Assembly: GCA_964526635.1 (NCBI GenBank)
Contig: CAZGLR010000004.1
Span: forward strand, 259-64,258
Direction of reading: 5' to 3'
DNA length: 64,000 nt
Source of the DNA: an uncultured Ignavibacteriales bacterium
GTDB lineage: Bacteria; Zixibacteria; MSB-5A5; GN15; JAAZOE01
Of this stretch, positions 1-9,886 are shown piece by piece (within the stretch, counting starts at the first letter, position 1; every line of letters starts with the position of its first letter). The notes beneath the pieces are model-generated. The model was not told the origin of the DNA and ran no database searches. It worked only from the letters and a program-made list of their open reading frames with translations. The translations under genes and the position numbers were made by a program.

Positions 1-492
1 CGCGAATATGACTTCGTAGGTGAGCGTGCCGCTACGGGAGACAACGCCGATATTCCCGCGTTTACAGATTGTTCCGGGAATAATGCCGACTTTTGAAAGT
101 CCCGGCGATATAAGCCCCGGGCAGTTGGGGCCGATCAGCCGCACATCCCGATGTTTGATATAGTGATAGACTTTCATCATATCGTTGGCCGGAACACCCT
201 CCGTGATACAAATGATCGTCTTGATACCGGCGTCGGCGGCTTCGTAAATCGAGTCGGCGGCAAACGGCGGCGGGACATAAATGACTGACGTATTGGCTTT
301 GGTCTTTTCCATCGCTTCAGCTACCGTATTGTATACCGGAATGCCGGCGACTTTGGTTCCCTTTTTCCCGGGCGTGACCCCGGCTACCACATTGGTACCG
401 TATTTTTTCATTTGTTCGGCATGGAATGAGCCATCGCGGCCGGTGATTCCCTGCACGATCAACTTTGTCCGTTTATCGATAAAAATCGCCAT
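1..492 (-). CDS. sucD: Succinyl-CoA synthetase alpha subunit (partial, runs off window start)
   Basis: Not in ORF track; manual translation from ATG at 492 gives [24 protein letters not shown]...GVTPGK...CITEG...LIGPNCPG...[10 protein letters not shown]; follows sucC. Confidence 0.97.
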   Translation of the reverse strand, partial: MAIFIDKRTKLIVQGITGRDGSFHAEQMKKYGTNVVAGVTPGKKGTKVAGIPVYNTVAEAMEKTKANTSVIYVPPPFAADSIYEAADAGIKTIICITEGVPANDMMKVYHYIKHRDVRLIGPNCPGLISPGLSKVGIIPGTICKRGNIGVVSRSGTLTYEVIFA

Positions 493-501
493 GGTCTTCT
501 C

Positions 502-1650
502 CTATGCCTCGGTGAGTCCGGCCAGAGAAATCGCTTTCTTGACGACTTCATCCAGCGTCGGAGCAGTTTCAAGTTTCACCTGCTTCATAATCTGGCGGGC
601 CTTGTCTTCATTGGTCCCGGTCAGGCGGGTGACGATCGGAATCGACGGATTGAGTTCCTGAACCGCGCTGACAATGCCGGTCGCGACATCATCGCAACGG
701 GTAATACCACCGAATATGTTAATCAGGATAGCTTTGACATTGGGGTCGCTCATGATAATACGCATCGCGGTCAGCACCTTGTCCGGATTCGATGATCCGC
801 CGATATCGAGGAAATTGGCCGGTTCGCCGCCGTAATGCTTGACCAGGTCCATCGTTGCCATGGCCAGCCCGGCACCATTGACGATACAGCCGATGTTACC
901 CTCGAGCTTGATAAAGCTCAACCCGGCGTTCCGTGCTTCGATTTCGGCGTCGTTTTCAGCATCGGGATCACGCATCTCTTCGATTAGTTTCTGCCGAAAG
1001 AGACCATTGTCGTCGATATTGAGCTTGGCGTCGATCGCCAGCACCTGGTTGATCGGGTTGGTAATAAGCGGATTAATTTCGACCAGCGAGGCATCAACTT
1101 TCCAGAAGACATCATAGAGTTTCATGATAATATCGGCGACCTGACGGACCAGGGAGATATCGCGGAAAACACCATAGGCCAGTTCGCGGGCCTGGTAGGG
1201 ATGCAGGCCGACACGCGGGTTGACCGACAGCTTGTGAATCTTTTCGGGCGTCTTGGCCGCAACCTCTTCGATATCGACGCCGCCGGCAGCCGAGATCATA
1301 ATAGTCGGCATCTTGGTCGCACGATCGAGAATAATACCCAGATATGTTTCCGAGGTAATGTCAACCGCTTCGGTAATCAGAATCTTTTTGACGGTCAGCC
1401 CCTTGATATCCATTCCCAGAATACGCTGTGACCATATTTTGGCCGCCTCGAGGTTTTCAGCGTATTGTACACCGCCGGCTTTCCCGCGTCCGCCGACATG
1501 AACCTGGGCCTTGACCATGACCGGACGGTTCAACTCGTCGGCAATCGCCACCGCATCCTGCACAGTGGTCGCCACTTTCCCCTGCGGAACGGGTATCCCG
1601 GCGCTGCGGAAAATTTCCTTTGCCTGATACTCATGAATTTTCATCGACAC
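502..1650 (-). CDS. sucC: Succinyl-CoA synthetase beta subunit
   Basis: MKIHEYQAKE, KAQVHVGGRGKAGGV, NGAGLAMATMD, ANFLDIGG, NIFGGI motifs; start may be ATG at 1644. Confidence 0.97.
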   Translation of the reverse strand: MSMKIHEYQAKEIFRSAGIPVPQGKVATTVQDAVAIADELNRPVMVKAQVHVGGRGKAGGVQYAENLEAAKIWSQRILGMDIKGLTVKKILITEAVDITSETYLGIILDRATKMPTIMISAAGGVDIEEVAAKTPEKIHKLSVNPRVGLHPYQARELAYGVFRDISLVRQVADIIMKLYDVFWKVDASLVEINPLITNPINQVLAIDAKLNIDDNGLFRQKLIEEMRDPDAENDAEIEARNAGLSFIKLEGNIGCIVNGAGLAMATMDLVKHYGGEPANFLDIGGSSNPDKVLTAMRIIMSDPNVKAILINIFGGITRCDDVATGIVSAVQELNPSIPIVTRLTGTNEDKARQIMKQVKLETAPTLDEVVKKAISLAGLTEA

Positions 1651-1661
1651 GCTCCATCGAG

Positions 1662-3032
1662 TTAGTTTTTATCATGTGATGTTCGTTTATTTTCAAGGTA
1701 CTCCCCTGCATACTTCAGCAGAATATCAGCCTGGTTGTCATCCGGATTGTCCAGAACCATTTCGAGCAGATATTCCATGACGTCACCGATCAGCGGTGAT
1801 TCTTTGAGGCTGAATTTTTCCATGATCATCCGGCCGTTGACCGCCAGGTCGCTGCGACCGAACGGCGGCTTCCGTTCAATTTCCTCGCGGATAGCCTGCT
1901 CCATCTCGTCGACATCCTCGGTTGTCCCGCCCATTCCCTGCGCGATGACGTCGGCCCGGCGCAAATCAAACAGCTCGGGAATCAACCGCTGGCCGATACG
2001 GCGAATAAACCGCCGCAACCCTTTGGGACCGACTTCGGTTGTGAACATATGGCGTTCCACCAGAAGCGAGACGTCCTTGAGTATCTCATTCGAATAGCGA
2101 AATCGTTTCAACACCTGCCGGGCCACTTTGGCGCCGGACGTTTCGTGACCGTGGAAGGAGGCGCCCCGATCGGTCAACTGCTTATGGCGCGGTTTGGTGA
2201 TATCATGAAACAGCGCCGCCAATCGGACGATCAGACGCGGCGGACAGGCATCAACGATCCGCAGGGTGTGCTCGAAGACATCGTATTTGTGATATCCGCC
2301 GGGCTGGCTGACACCGACTGTTTCTTCCAGCTCGGGAATGATAAGCGCCATCATGCCGATTTCATGCATCAGTTGCAAACCAATCGATGGCTTCCGGGAC
2401 CGCGTGAACATTTTGTTCAATTCTTCGGCAATACGTTCCGGTGAAACAGTCCGAATCAAGTCCACGTGTTGTCGGAGGGCGGTCATGGTATCGTCTTCGA
2501 TTTCGAATTCAAACCGGGCGGCAAATTGAATCGCGCGGAGCATCCGTAATGGATCCTCGGCAAATGATGTCGCGGAGACCATGCGAATCAGTTTGGCTGC
2601 CATATCGGCCTGACCGCCATAGGGATCGATCAGACGATTGTCGGCCACATCGCGGGCCATGGCGTTGATAGTAAAATCACGCCGGATCAGATCCTCTTCG
2701 ACCGAGAGGCCGGGATCAAAACGGACATCGAAATCGGTATGAGCGGTACCGGTAGAAACTTCGCTTCGCGGCAGCGAGATGTCATAGGTGACAGGCGGTG
2801 TCACAGCCTGGTTATAGGGTGTAAATTTAATGACACCGAATGATCGTCCGACCAGATCGACGAATCCATGATGGCGCAAAATGGTTTGCAGCCGATCAAT
2901 GGAAATACCGCTGACCAGATAGTCGCGGTCTTTGGGATCGGGAGATGTTTCCATCAATGTATCGCGGACGTATCCGCCCACTTCGTACATGCGACCTTCC
3001 TGTAAAATCTCCCGCACTACCTCGTCCTTCAC
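1662..3032 (-). CDS. cca: Class II tRNA nucleotidyltransferase (CCA-adding enzyme) with HD domain
   Basis: VGGYVRD...DRD, EEDLIRRDFTINAMA, EDPLRMLRAIQF, SPERIAEE, H...HD motifs. Confidence 0.88.
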   Translation of the reverse strand: MKDEVVREILQEGRMYEVGGYVRDTLMETSPDPKDRDYLVSGISIDRLQTILRHHGFVDLVGRSFGVIKFTPYNQAVTPPVTYDISLPRSEVSTGTAHTDFDVRFDPGLSVEEDLIRRDFTINAMARDVADNRLIDPYGGQADMAAKLIRMVSATSFAEDPLRMLRAIQFAARFEFEIEDDTMTALRQHVDLIRTVSPERIAEELNKMFTRSRKPSIGLQLMHEIGMMALIIPELEETVGVSQPGGYHKYDVFEHTLRIVDACPPRLIVRLAALFHDITKPRHKQLTDRGASFHGHETSGAKVARQVLKRFRYSNEILKDVSLLVERHMFTTEVGPKGLRRFIRRIGQRLIPELFDLRRADVIAQGMGGTTEDVDEMEQAIREEIERKPPFGRSDLAVNGRMIMEKFSLKESPLIGDVMEYLLEMVLDNPDDNQADILLKYAGEYLENKRTSHDKN

Positions 3033-3041
3033 AGACAGATC

Positions 3042-4001
3042 CTAGTCAGGATAGATACGCGTACCGGCAGTGCCGGCCAGTGCTTCAGCCGCCAGTTCCA
3101 GGGACGTAATAATCACTTCCCGGCCGCCATTTTCGATAAACGATAACGCCGCTTCCACCTTGGGTCCCATCGAACCCTGCGGGAAATGGCCTTCCGCCAG
3201 ATATTTTTTCATTTCGCTGACAGTCACGCGACCGAGTTTTTTCTCATCCGGCTGCCCGAAATTCAACGCCACCTGATCCACCCCGGTGACAATCACCAGT
3301 ACCTCGGCGTCGATTTCGCGGCCGAGTACGGCCGAGGCACGGTCTTTGTCGATTACCGCATCGACGCCCTCGTAACCGAGTTGTTCGTCGATATACACCG
3401 GGATACCGCCGCCGCCGGCAGCAATGACGATGGCATTATTGTCCAGCAACAATCGGATAATATCTTTTTCCACACAGGTCAGCGGCATCGGCGAAGCCAC
3501 GACCCGTCGCCAGCCCCGGTTGGCATCGCGCTTGACCGTCCAGCCGCTTTCTTCGGCCAGACGTTTGGCCTCTTCCCCGGTGTAAAACTGACCGACGTAC
3601 TTGGATGGATCCTTAATCGAGGGATCATCCTTAGCGACCACGATTTGAGTAATGACCGTACAGACCTGGCGATCGATCTTTTCCTTATCGAGCCGATTCT
3701 GAAGTGACTGTTCGATCATGTAGCCCATGCCGCCCTCGGTATCAGCAACGCAGATACCCAGCGGCAAAATCGGGGCCCGGCCACGGGCCAGTTCGACGCG
3801 CAACAAAGCGTTGCCAACCTGGGGACCATTGCCATGGGTGATACACAACCCATAACCCTGGCGCGCCAGATCGACGATCGAAGTCAGCGATCGCCGGGTA
3901 TTGGCGAATTGATTGGCGATCGTATCTTCGGTGCCCGGGGCGGTAATGGCATTACCGCCCAGAGCCACGATCGCTCGTTTCTTCTTGCGTTCCTGCGCCA
4001 T
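3042..4001 (-). CDS. arcC: Carbamate kinase
   Basis: VALGGNA, THGNGPQVG, GWRRVVASP, GGGGIPV, AVIDKD, GSMGPKVEAA motifs. Confidence 0.96.
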   Translation of the reverse strand: MAQERKKKRAIVALGGNAITAPGTEDTIANQFANTRRSLTSIVDLARQGYGLCITHGNGPQVGNALLRVELARGRAPILPLGICVADTEGGMGYMIEQSLQNRLDKEKIDRQVCTVITQIVVAKDDPSIKDPSKYVGQFYTGEEAKRLAEESGWTVKRDANRGWRRVVASPMPLTCVEKDIIRLLLDNNAIVIAAGGGGIPVYIDEQLGYEGVDAVIDKDRASAVLGREIDAEVLVIVTGVDQVALNFGQPDEKKLGRVTVSEMKKYLAEGHFPQGSMGPKVEAALSFIENGGREVIITSLELAAEALAGTAGTRIYPD

Positions 4002-4004
4002 ATA

Positions 4005-5387
4005 TTATTTTGTCTTTCGCGTGCGAGTACGGCGCGTAGTCGTGCGCTTCGGCGTTGCCGCCGTGCGCTTTTTGGTAAACTTCTCTTCCAGCAGTTCCAG
4101 CAGAGTCGGACGACCGATTTCCTGCAGGTCATAGCGAACCCGAACAGCCGGCTTGGTGATTTTCACCACTTTACGCAGATCGATCGGGGTACCGATGACA
4201 ACCACATCCGCCTTGGTTTTGGCGATAGTGCGTTCGAGGTCCTTGACCTGCTTGCCGCCATAGCCCATGGCCGGAAGCAGGATACCGATATCAGGGTATT
4301 TCTTGAACGTCTCGGTAATCGTTCCAACCGTAAACGGCCGCGGATCGACGAGTTCGGCCGCACCGAATTTCTCGGCAGCAACCACCCCGGCGCCATATTG
4401 CATTTCGCCATGAGTCAGGGTCGGACCATCTTCGACAACCAGCACCTTCTTGTCGCGAATCAATTCCGGGTTATCAACATCGAGCGGGCTGGCGGCATCG
4501 ACGATAACCACTTTCGGGTTGACTGCACGGACATTGGCCCGGACCGTTTCGACGTCATCGGGATGCGCCGAGTCGATCTTGTTGATCACGACAACATCGG
4601 CCAGGTACACATTGTTGAGACCGGGGTAATACGACAATTCATGTCCCGGACGATGCGGATCAACCACAACTATCTGGAAATCAGGTTTGTAGAAAGACAT
4701 ATCGTTGTTGCCACCATCCCAGACAATCACGTCGGCTTCCTGCTCGGCCTGCCGGATGATCTTTTCATAATCAACGCCGGCATAGACAATCACGCCGCGA
4801 TCGATATGCGGTTCGTATTCTTCGCGCTCTTCGATAGTGCATTTATGCTTGTTCAAATCAGCATAGGTCGCGAAACGCTGACTGGCCTGTTTGGCCAGAT
4901 CACCATAGGGCATGGGATGACGGATGGCCACGACCTTTTTACCCATCTTCTGCAGGGCGGCGCAGACGGCCCGGGTGGTCTGCGATTTACCGCAGCCGGT
5001 GCGAACGGCACAGACCGCCACGACCGGCTTTTTCGACTTGATCATGGTCGGTTCACCACCGGCCATCGAAAACGCCGCTCCGGCAGCCATAACCAGACTG
5101 GCCTTGGTCATGACGTAGTCGAACGTAACATCGGAATAGGAAAAGACCACTTCATCGATATTGTGCTTCTTGATCAGGGTCACCAGTTCCGACTCATCGT
5201 GAATCGGAATTCCCTTCGGATACAGTTCACCGGCCAGCGATTTAGGATAGCGACGGCCTTCGATATCGGGAATCTGGGTCGCAGTAAAGGCCACGACTTC
5301 GTAGTTCTTGTTATCGCGATACAGGCAGTTGAAATTGTGAAAGTCGCGACCGGCGGCTCCCATGATGATGATTTTACGACGTGCCAT
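4005..5387 (-). CDS. arcE: COG2403 / cyclic 2,3-diphosphoglycerate synthase-like P-loop protein; probable arginine synthetase (ArcE-type)
   Basis: MGAAGRDFHNFN, AVRTGCGKSQT, RHPMPYGDL, CTIEEREEYEPH, WDGGNND, EDGPTLTHG, PAMGY motifs; 3 nt upstream of arcC. Confidence 0.8.
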   Translation of the reverse strand: MARRKIIIMGAAGRDFHNFNCLYRDNKNYEVVAFTATQIPDIEGRRYPKSLAGELYPKGIPIHDESELVTLIKKHNIDEVVFSYSDVTFDYVMTKASLVMAAGAAFSMAGGEPTMIKSKKPVVAVCAVRTGCGKSQTTRAVCAALQKMGKKVVAIRHPMPYGDLAKQASQRFATYADLNKHKCTIEEREEYEPHIDRGVIVYAGVDYEKIIRQAEQEADVIVWDGGNNDMSFYKPDFQIVVVDPHRPGHELSYYPGLNNVYLADVVVINKIDSAHPDDVETVRANVRAVNPKVVIVDAASPLDVDNPELIRDKKVLVVEDGPTLTHGEMQYGAGVVAAEKFGAAELVDPRPFTVGTITETFKKYPDIGILLPAMGYGGKQVKDLERTIAKTKADVVVIGTPIDLRKVVKITKPAVRVRYDLQEIGRPTLLELLEEKFTKKRTAATPKRTTTRRTRTRKTK

Positions 5388-5586
5388 TGTATGTAGTCTC
5401 CATCTTCTTTTCGATTTCAGATATTTTCATCAGTTTCAATCAGGTTGAGAATCATCCTTTCAAATAGCCGAGGCATCCCAGATGAAGCGGATTAGAAAAT
5501 GCCGCCATATTATCGGCTTGCGAAACCGGCCGGAAGATATCGTATGTGGACTATGCTGTATCATCAGTAAAAAACAGTCGCGTATC

Positions 5587-7083
5587 CTATTGATTGTCGA
5601 TCTGCGCCCGCTGAATGGTACCGGAAAAATCGATATACACCGATTTCCATTCAGAGAACACTTCCAGCGCCTGCGTGCAGGCCTCACGGTGGCCATTACC
5701 GGTGTTCTTGACGCCGCCGAACGGCATATGCGTTTCAGCGCCGATCGTCGGAGCATTGACATAGAAGATGCCGGTATACACGTCGCGCATGGCCGAAAAG
5801 GCCTGGTTGACATCTTGCGTGTAAATCGACGCCGAGAGACCATACTCACAGTTATTGGCCAGATTGACGGCATCATCGAAACTCTTGGCCGGAATCAGCG
5901 CTGTGACCGAGCCAAAAATTTCTTCGTGGAAAATGCGCATACCCGGGACAACATCGCCGAACACGGTCGGCTGAGTGAACCAGCCTTTTTTGTATTTCGC
6001 GCCGGTCGGGCGGCCGCCGCCGCACAGTAACTTGGCGTTGTCTTCTTCCGTGCCGATACGCATGTAATCGAGCACTGAATTCATCTGACCCTCGGAGACC
6101 GCCGGACCCATCTGGACCTTCTCATCCAGACCATCACCAATACGGATCGCTTTGGCTCGCTCGACGAATTTTTTGGCAAACTGATTATAGATTTTCTTGT
6201 GCAGGATAATCCGCGACGTGGCGGTACAGCGCTGACCAGTGGTACCGAAGGCACCCCAGAGCGCACCATCGACAGCCAGATCAATATCAGCGTCATCCAT
6301 AACGATCTGGCAGTTTTTACCGCCCATCTCGAGATGGCAATGTTTGAATTGAGGCGCGCAGGCTTCGGAGACGCGACGGCCGACACCGGTGGAGCCGGTG
6401 AAGGAAACGCAATCAACACGTTTGTCGGTCATGAGCGATTCGCCGACGGTCCGGCCTGAGCCGGTGACCATATTGACCACACCAGCCGGGATGCCTTCTT
6501 CATGCATGAGATTGACCAGATTGGCCACCGACAGCGGTGTGTCGGTGGCGGGCTTGATAACCACCGTATTACCCAAAATCAGGGCAGGCATCATTTTCCA
6601 TGATGGAATTGCCATGGGGAAATTCCAGGGGGTAATCAATCCGCACACACCCAGCGGCTGGCGAATCGACATGGCGAATTTATTGTTCATTTCCGATGGT
6701 GTCGTTTGTCCGAATGACCGGCGGCCTTCACCGGCCATGTAGTAGGTCATGTCGATTGCTTCCTGGACATCGCCGCGTGTTTCGGCGAGCACCTTGCCCA
6801 TCTCGCGGGTCATATCCTGCGCGAGCTTTTCTTTTTCCTTGAGCAGACGGTTGGCCACGCGATAAAGAATTTCGCCTCGTTTGGGCGCCGGAACCAGACG
6901 CCATTTTTTGTACGCCTTGTGTGCCGCGCTGATGGCATCATTGACATCCCTGGCATCCGACAGCTGGAAGCGGCCGATGATGTCGTCGGTATTGGCCGGA
7001 TTAACATTTTCAAATGTTTTGCCGGTGTGCGATGAAACCCATTCCCCGTTAATGAAGTTCTTATACGTTTTCGGTCGTGCCAT
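5587..7083 (-). CDS. NAD(P)-dependent aldehyde dehydrogenase
   Basis: [29 protein letters not shown] (catalytic Cys), [16 protein letters not shown]; GAGGAGG RBS upstream. Confidence 0.95.
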   Translation of the reverse strand: MARPKTYKNFINGEWVSSHTGKTFENVNPANTDDIIGRFQLSDARDVNDAISAAHKAYKKWRLVPAPKRGEILYRVANRLLKEKEKLAQDMTREMGKVLAETRGDVQEAIDMTYYMAGEGRRSFGQTTPSEMNNKFAMSIRQPLGVCGLITPWNFPMAIPSWKMMPALILGNTVVIKPATDTPLSVANLVNLMHEEGIPAGVVNMVTGSGRTVGESLMTDKRVDCVSFTGSTGVGRRVSEACAPQFKHCHLEMGGKNCQIVMDDADIDLAVDGALWGAFGTTGQRCTATSRIILHKKIYNQFAKKFVERAKAIRIGDGLDEKVQMGPAVSEGQMNSVLDYMRIGTEEDNAKLLCGGGRPTGAKYKKGWFTQPTVFGDVVPGMRIFHEEIFGSVTALIPAKSFDDAVNLANNCEYGLSASIYTQDVNQAFSAMRDVYTGIFYVNAPTIGAETHMPFGGVKNTGNGHREACTQALEVFSEWKSVYIDFSGTIQRAQIDNQ

Positions 7084-7144
7084 CGACCCCTCCTCAATAT
7101 ATCATTCCCACAAAAATTACATTTTCATCATCAGCCGAGGCATT

Positions 7145-7162
7145 ATGTGAATTAATTCACCA
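7145..7162. promoter_or_regulatory. Palindromic operator resembling a Rex box
   Basis: ATGTGAATTAATTCACCA; perfect 14-bp palindrome at 7147-7160; two mismatches to TTGTGAA-N4-TTCACAA; ~60 bp upstream of ALDH. Confidence 0.55.
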
Positions 7163-7179
7163 TCCCGGTCAAGAGTGTT

Positions 7180-7207
7180 AATATAGTCGTTATAAGGCGA
7201 AAGTCAA
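7180..7207 (-). promoter_or_regulatory. Putative sigma70 promoter for the ALDH-arcE-arcC block
   Basis: TTGACT-16 nt-TATATT on the minus strand; a second candidate TTGACC-19 nt-CATAAT (7172-7142) straddles the palindrome. Confidence 0.4.
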
Positions 7208-7370
7208 ATTCTTTGGCCAAAATCTTGCCAAAATTTCCCTTGCCCGCCAACAAGTTAGTCGGCATTACCTGGTATTGGCTAAAAGCCGCGAACAGCTCGC
7301 TCGGGACAGGTCGCAAACAGGATATCGCGACCCATAAATCCGACAGAAAGGCATAAAAAAAACGAGATAA

Positions 7371-8519
7371 TTAGCGCGGTGAAGGTGCCCGATAGCGCTC
7401 GAGAAACGACTTTTTGAAGGTGGCAAAGGTACCCTCGGAAATAGCATTTCTGATGTGCTTCATAAGTTGCAGGAAAAAATAAATGGAGTGGTAAGAGGCC
7501 AGACGATGGGCAGATATCTCGGAGACATTGTAGAGATGACGAATATAGGCCCGGCTGTAGCGACGGCAGACAAAGCAGTCGCAATTGGGATCAAGCGGTT
7601 TTTCATCGAGAGAAGCCGCCGCATTGCGGTAGTTATAGGGTCCCTCGGAGGTAAACACCAGACCGGTGCGGGCATTGCGGGTCGGCAGCACACAGTCAAA
7701 CATATCCACACCGCGTTCGACCGCCATGAGAATATCCTCGGGATAGCCAACACCCATGAGGTAGCGTTGTTTATTAGGCGGCATCATCGGCATCAGGATA
7801 TCCAGCATATCGCGCATTTCGTCCTTGGATTCACCTACCGACAAGCCGCCGATTGAATATCCGGGAAAATCAAGTTCGCCCAGTTGTGCGAGCGACTGCC
7901 TGCGAAGTTCGGGATAGACCGATCCCTGAATGATACCGTGAAGCAACTGGCTGGGATATGTGCCTTTATCATTTAGCTTTTCAAATGCCGCAATACCCCG
8001 CCGGGCCCAGTCGGTGGTGCGTTTGACGCCCTGTGATGCCATTTCCGGGGTCGCCGGATAGGGCACGCATTCGTCAAACGACATGATGATATCCGGCCCC
8101 AGGCGGCGCTGGATTTCGATAACCGTCTCCGGTGTAAAATGATGATGCGAACCATCGAAGTGCGACTGAAACGTGACACCATCGTCGGTAATTTTATTCC
8201 GTCCCAGATGTGAAAACACCTGATAGCCGCCGGAGTCTGAGAGCACGGCACGATCCCATGAGGCAAAACCGTGAATACGCCCCATCTGTTCGACCGTCTC
8301 GACGCCGGGACGCAGATACATGTGATAGGTATTGATAAGGTAAATACGGGCGTCCATATCTTCGAGATCGTCGGCGGTCAGCGTTTTGACAATCCCCTGC
8401 GTGCCGACCGGCATGAAGACCGGTGTTTCGATCTGACCGTGGGGAGTGACCAACTCACCGCGCCGGGCGGCGCCATCGGTGGCAACAACAGTGAACGAGA
8501 AGCTGTCGGGATATTTCAC
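7371..8519 (-). CDS. tgt: tRNA-guanine transglycosylase (queuine tRNA-ribosyltransferase)
   Basis: TPVFMPVGT, NTYHMYLRPG, DSGGYQV, GGLSVGE, RYLMGVG, DMFDCVLPTRNAR, CxCxxC...H zinc site. Confidence 0.97.
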   Translation of the reverse strand: MKYPDSFSFTVVATDGAARRGELVTPHGQIETPVFMPVGTQGIVKTLTADDLEDMDARIYLINTYHMYLRPGVETVEQMGRIHGFASWDRAVLSDSGGYQVFSHLGRNKITDDGVTFQSHFDGSHHHFTPETVIEIQRRLGPDIIMSFDECVPYPATPEMASQGVKRTTDWARRGIAAFEKLNDKGTYPSQLLHGIIQGSVYPELRRQSLAQLGELDFPGYSIGGLSVGESKDEMRDMLDILMPMMPPNKQRYLMGVGYPEDILMAVERGVDMFDCVLPTRNARTGLVFTSEGPYNYRNAAASLDEKPLDPNCDCFVCRRYSRAYIRHLYNVSEISAHRLASYHSIYFFLQLMKHIRNAISEGTFATFKKSFLERYRAPSPR

Positions 8520-8524
8520 ATCAC

Positions 8525-9886
8525 CTACCTGATTATTTCCAGTGCGGCATGGATATCGGAGACGGGGATTATTTCGAGTTCTGTCGGGGGGGTTAACCCC
8601 GTCGTATTTCCCCGGGGAATAATCGCTTTGGTCAGGCCCAGTTTGGCCGCTTCGCGAAGCCGTTTGTCGATGCGCGCCACAGCTCGTATATCGCCGGATA
8701 ACCCGATCTCGCCGACAACGAGCATAGTCTGATCGATCAGGACATTAAGCCGCGAAGACGCCGCCGCCAGCAGGAAAGCCAGATCGAGGGCGGTATCATC
8801 GAGATGAAAGCCGCCGGCGATAGTGACGAAGACATCATTGCCGCCAAGGGTTATGCCACCGCGTTTTTCGAGGACGGCGGTAATAATGGCCAAGCGGCGT
8901 GAATCGAGTCCGGCCGCCACCCGCTGCGGGGTGCCATAGGGCGAGGTTGTTACCAGCGCCTCGACTTCGACGAGAAACGAACGGCTCCCTTCGCCCGCGG
9001 CGGATACAACTCGCCCGGATACCGGTTCAGCGCCGACACCGCTTAAAAACGCCAGCGAGGGATTGGCTACTTCCTGCAGGCCGCCGCCGGTCATCTCGAA
9101 TACGCCGATCTCGCCGGCCGGTCCGAAACGGTTTTTCTGAGAACGCAGCAGGCGGAACAGATGGCGCCGATCACCCTCAAAATACAGGACAGCATCGACC
9201 ATGTGTTCCAGCACCTTGGGACCGGCAACCGTGCCCTCTTTGGTGATGTGTCCGACCAGTAGCAGAATCTGCCCGGAGCGTTTGGCTCGTTCAATCAAAC
9301 GCGAGGCCGATTCACGAACCTGGCCGACGGTTCCGGGTGGTGATTCAAAGAGCTGCGATGCGATCGTCTGGATGGAATCGATGATGATAATGGCAAACGG
9401 CTGCTCGCACAACGTTAAGACTTCCTCGAGTTGCGTCGTAGTGGCGATAGTGATGTTATCGCCGGCGATATTAAAACGCTGCGCGCGCTGTTTGATCTGC
9501 ACCGCCGATTCTTCGCCGGACACATACAACACATCGTATCCGGCCCGGCTGTAGCTGCCCGCGGCCTGCAACAGCAGTGATGATTTCCCAATACCCGGTT
9601 CACCACCGATAAGGATAGCCGAACCCGGTACCGCCCCCCCACCAAGAACACGATCATATTCTTCGATTGTGCTGTTGATGCGCTGGCTTTCTTCCAGGCC
9701 GATTTCCGGCAGGCGGGTTGTTTGGAGTTGGGATTTCCGGGGAGCTTTCTGCCGGGTGTCGACAATCGTTTCTTCAGCGAGAGTATTCCACTCTCCGCAA
9801 TCTTTGCACTGGCCCTGCCAGCGGAGATGCATGGCGCCGCAATTGGTGCAGAAATAGGCGGTTTTTTTTTTGGTCAATGGTTTCAT
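8525..9886 (-). CDS. radA: DNA repair protein RadA/Sms
   Basis: N-terminal C4 zinc finger, GGEPGIGKS, KNRFG motif, Lon-like C-terminus (GEIGLSG). Confidence 0.97.
   Translation of the reverse strand: MKPLTKKKTAYFCTNCGAMHLRWQGQCKDCGEWNTLAEETIVDTRQKAPRKSQLQTTRLPEIGLEESQRINSTIEEYDRVLGGGAVPGSAILIGGEPGIGKSSLLLQAAGSYSRAGYDVLYVSGEESAVQIKQRAQRFNIAGDNITIATTTQLEEVLTLCEQPFAIIIIDSIQTIASQLFESPPGTVGQVRESASRLIERAKRSGQILLLVGHITKEGTVAGPKVLEHMVDAVLYFEGDRRHLFRLLRSQKNRFGPAGEIGVFEMTGGGLQEVANPSLAFLSGVGAEPVSGRVVSAAGEGSRSFLVEVEALVTTSPYGTPQRVAAGLDSRRLAIITAVLEKRGGITLGGNDVFVTIAGGFHLDDTALDLAFLLAAASSRLNVLIDQTMLVVGEIGLSGDIRAVARIDKRLREAAKLGLTKAIIPRGNTTGLTPPTELEIIPVSDIHAALEIIR

Noticed and set aside
3834-5396. 520-aa plus-strand ORF antisense to the arcE-like gene
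   Set aside because: Codon-aligned shadow of a conserved gene; no recognisable motifs. The other plus-strand ORFs in the track were rejected for the same reason.
5388-5586. 200-nt gap between ALDH and arcE with possible pairing (AGCCGA/TCGGCT) and a 12-codon ORF
   Set aside because: Helices are short, no riboswitch consensus is recognisable, and the mini-ORF has no Arg codons expected of an arginine leader peptide.
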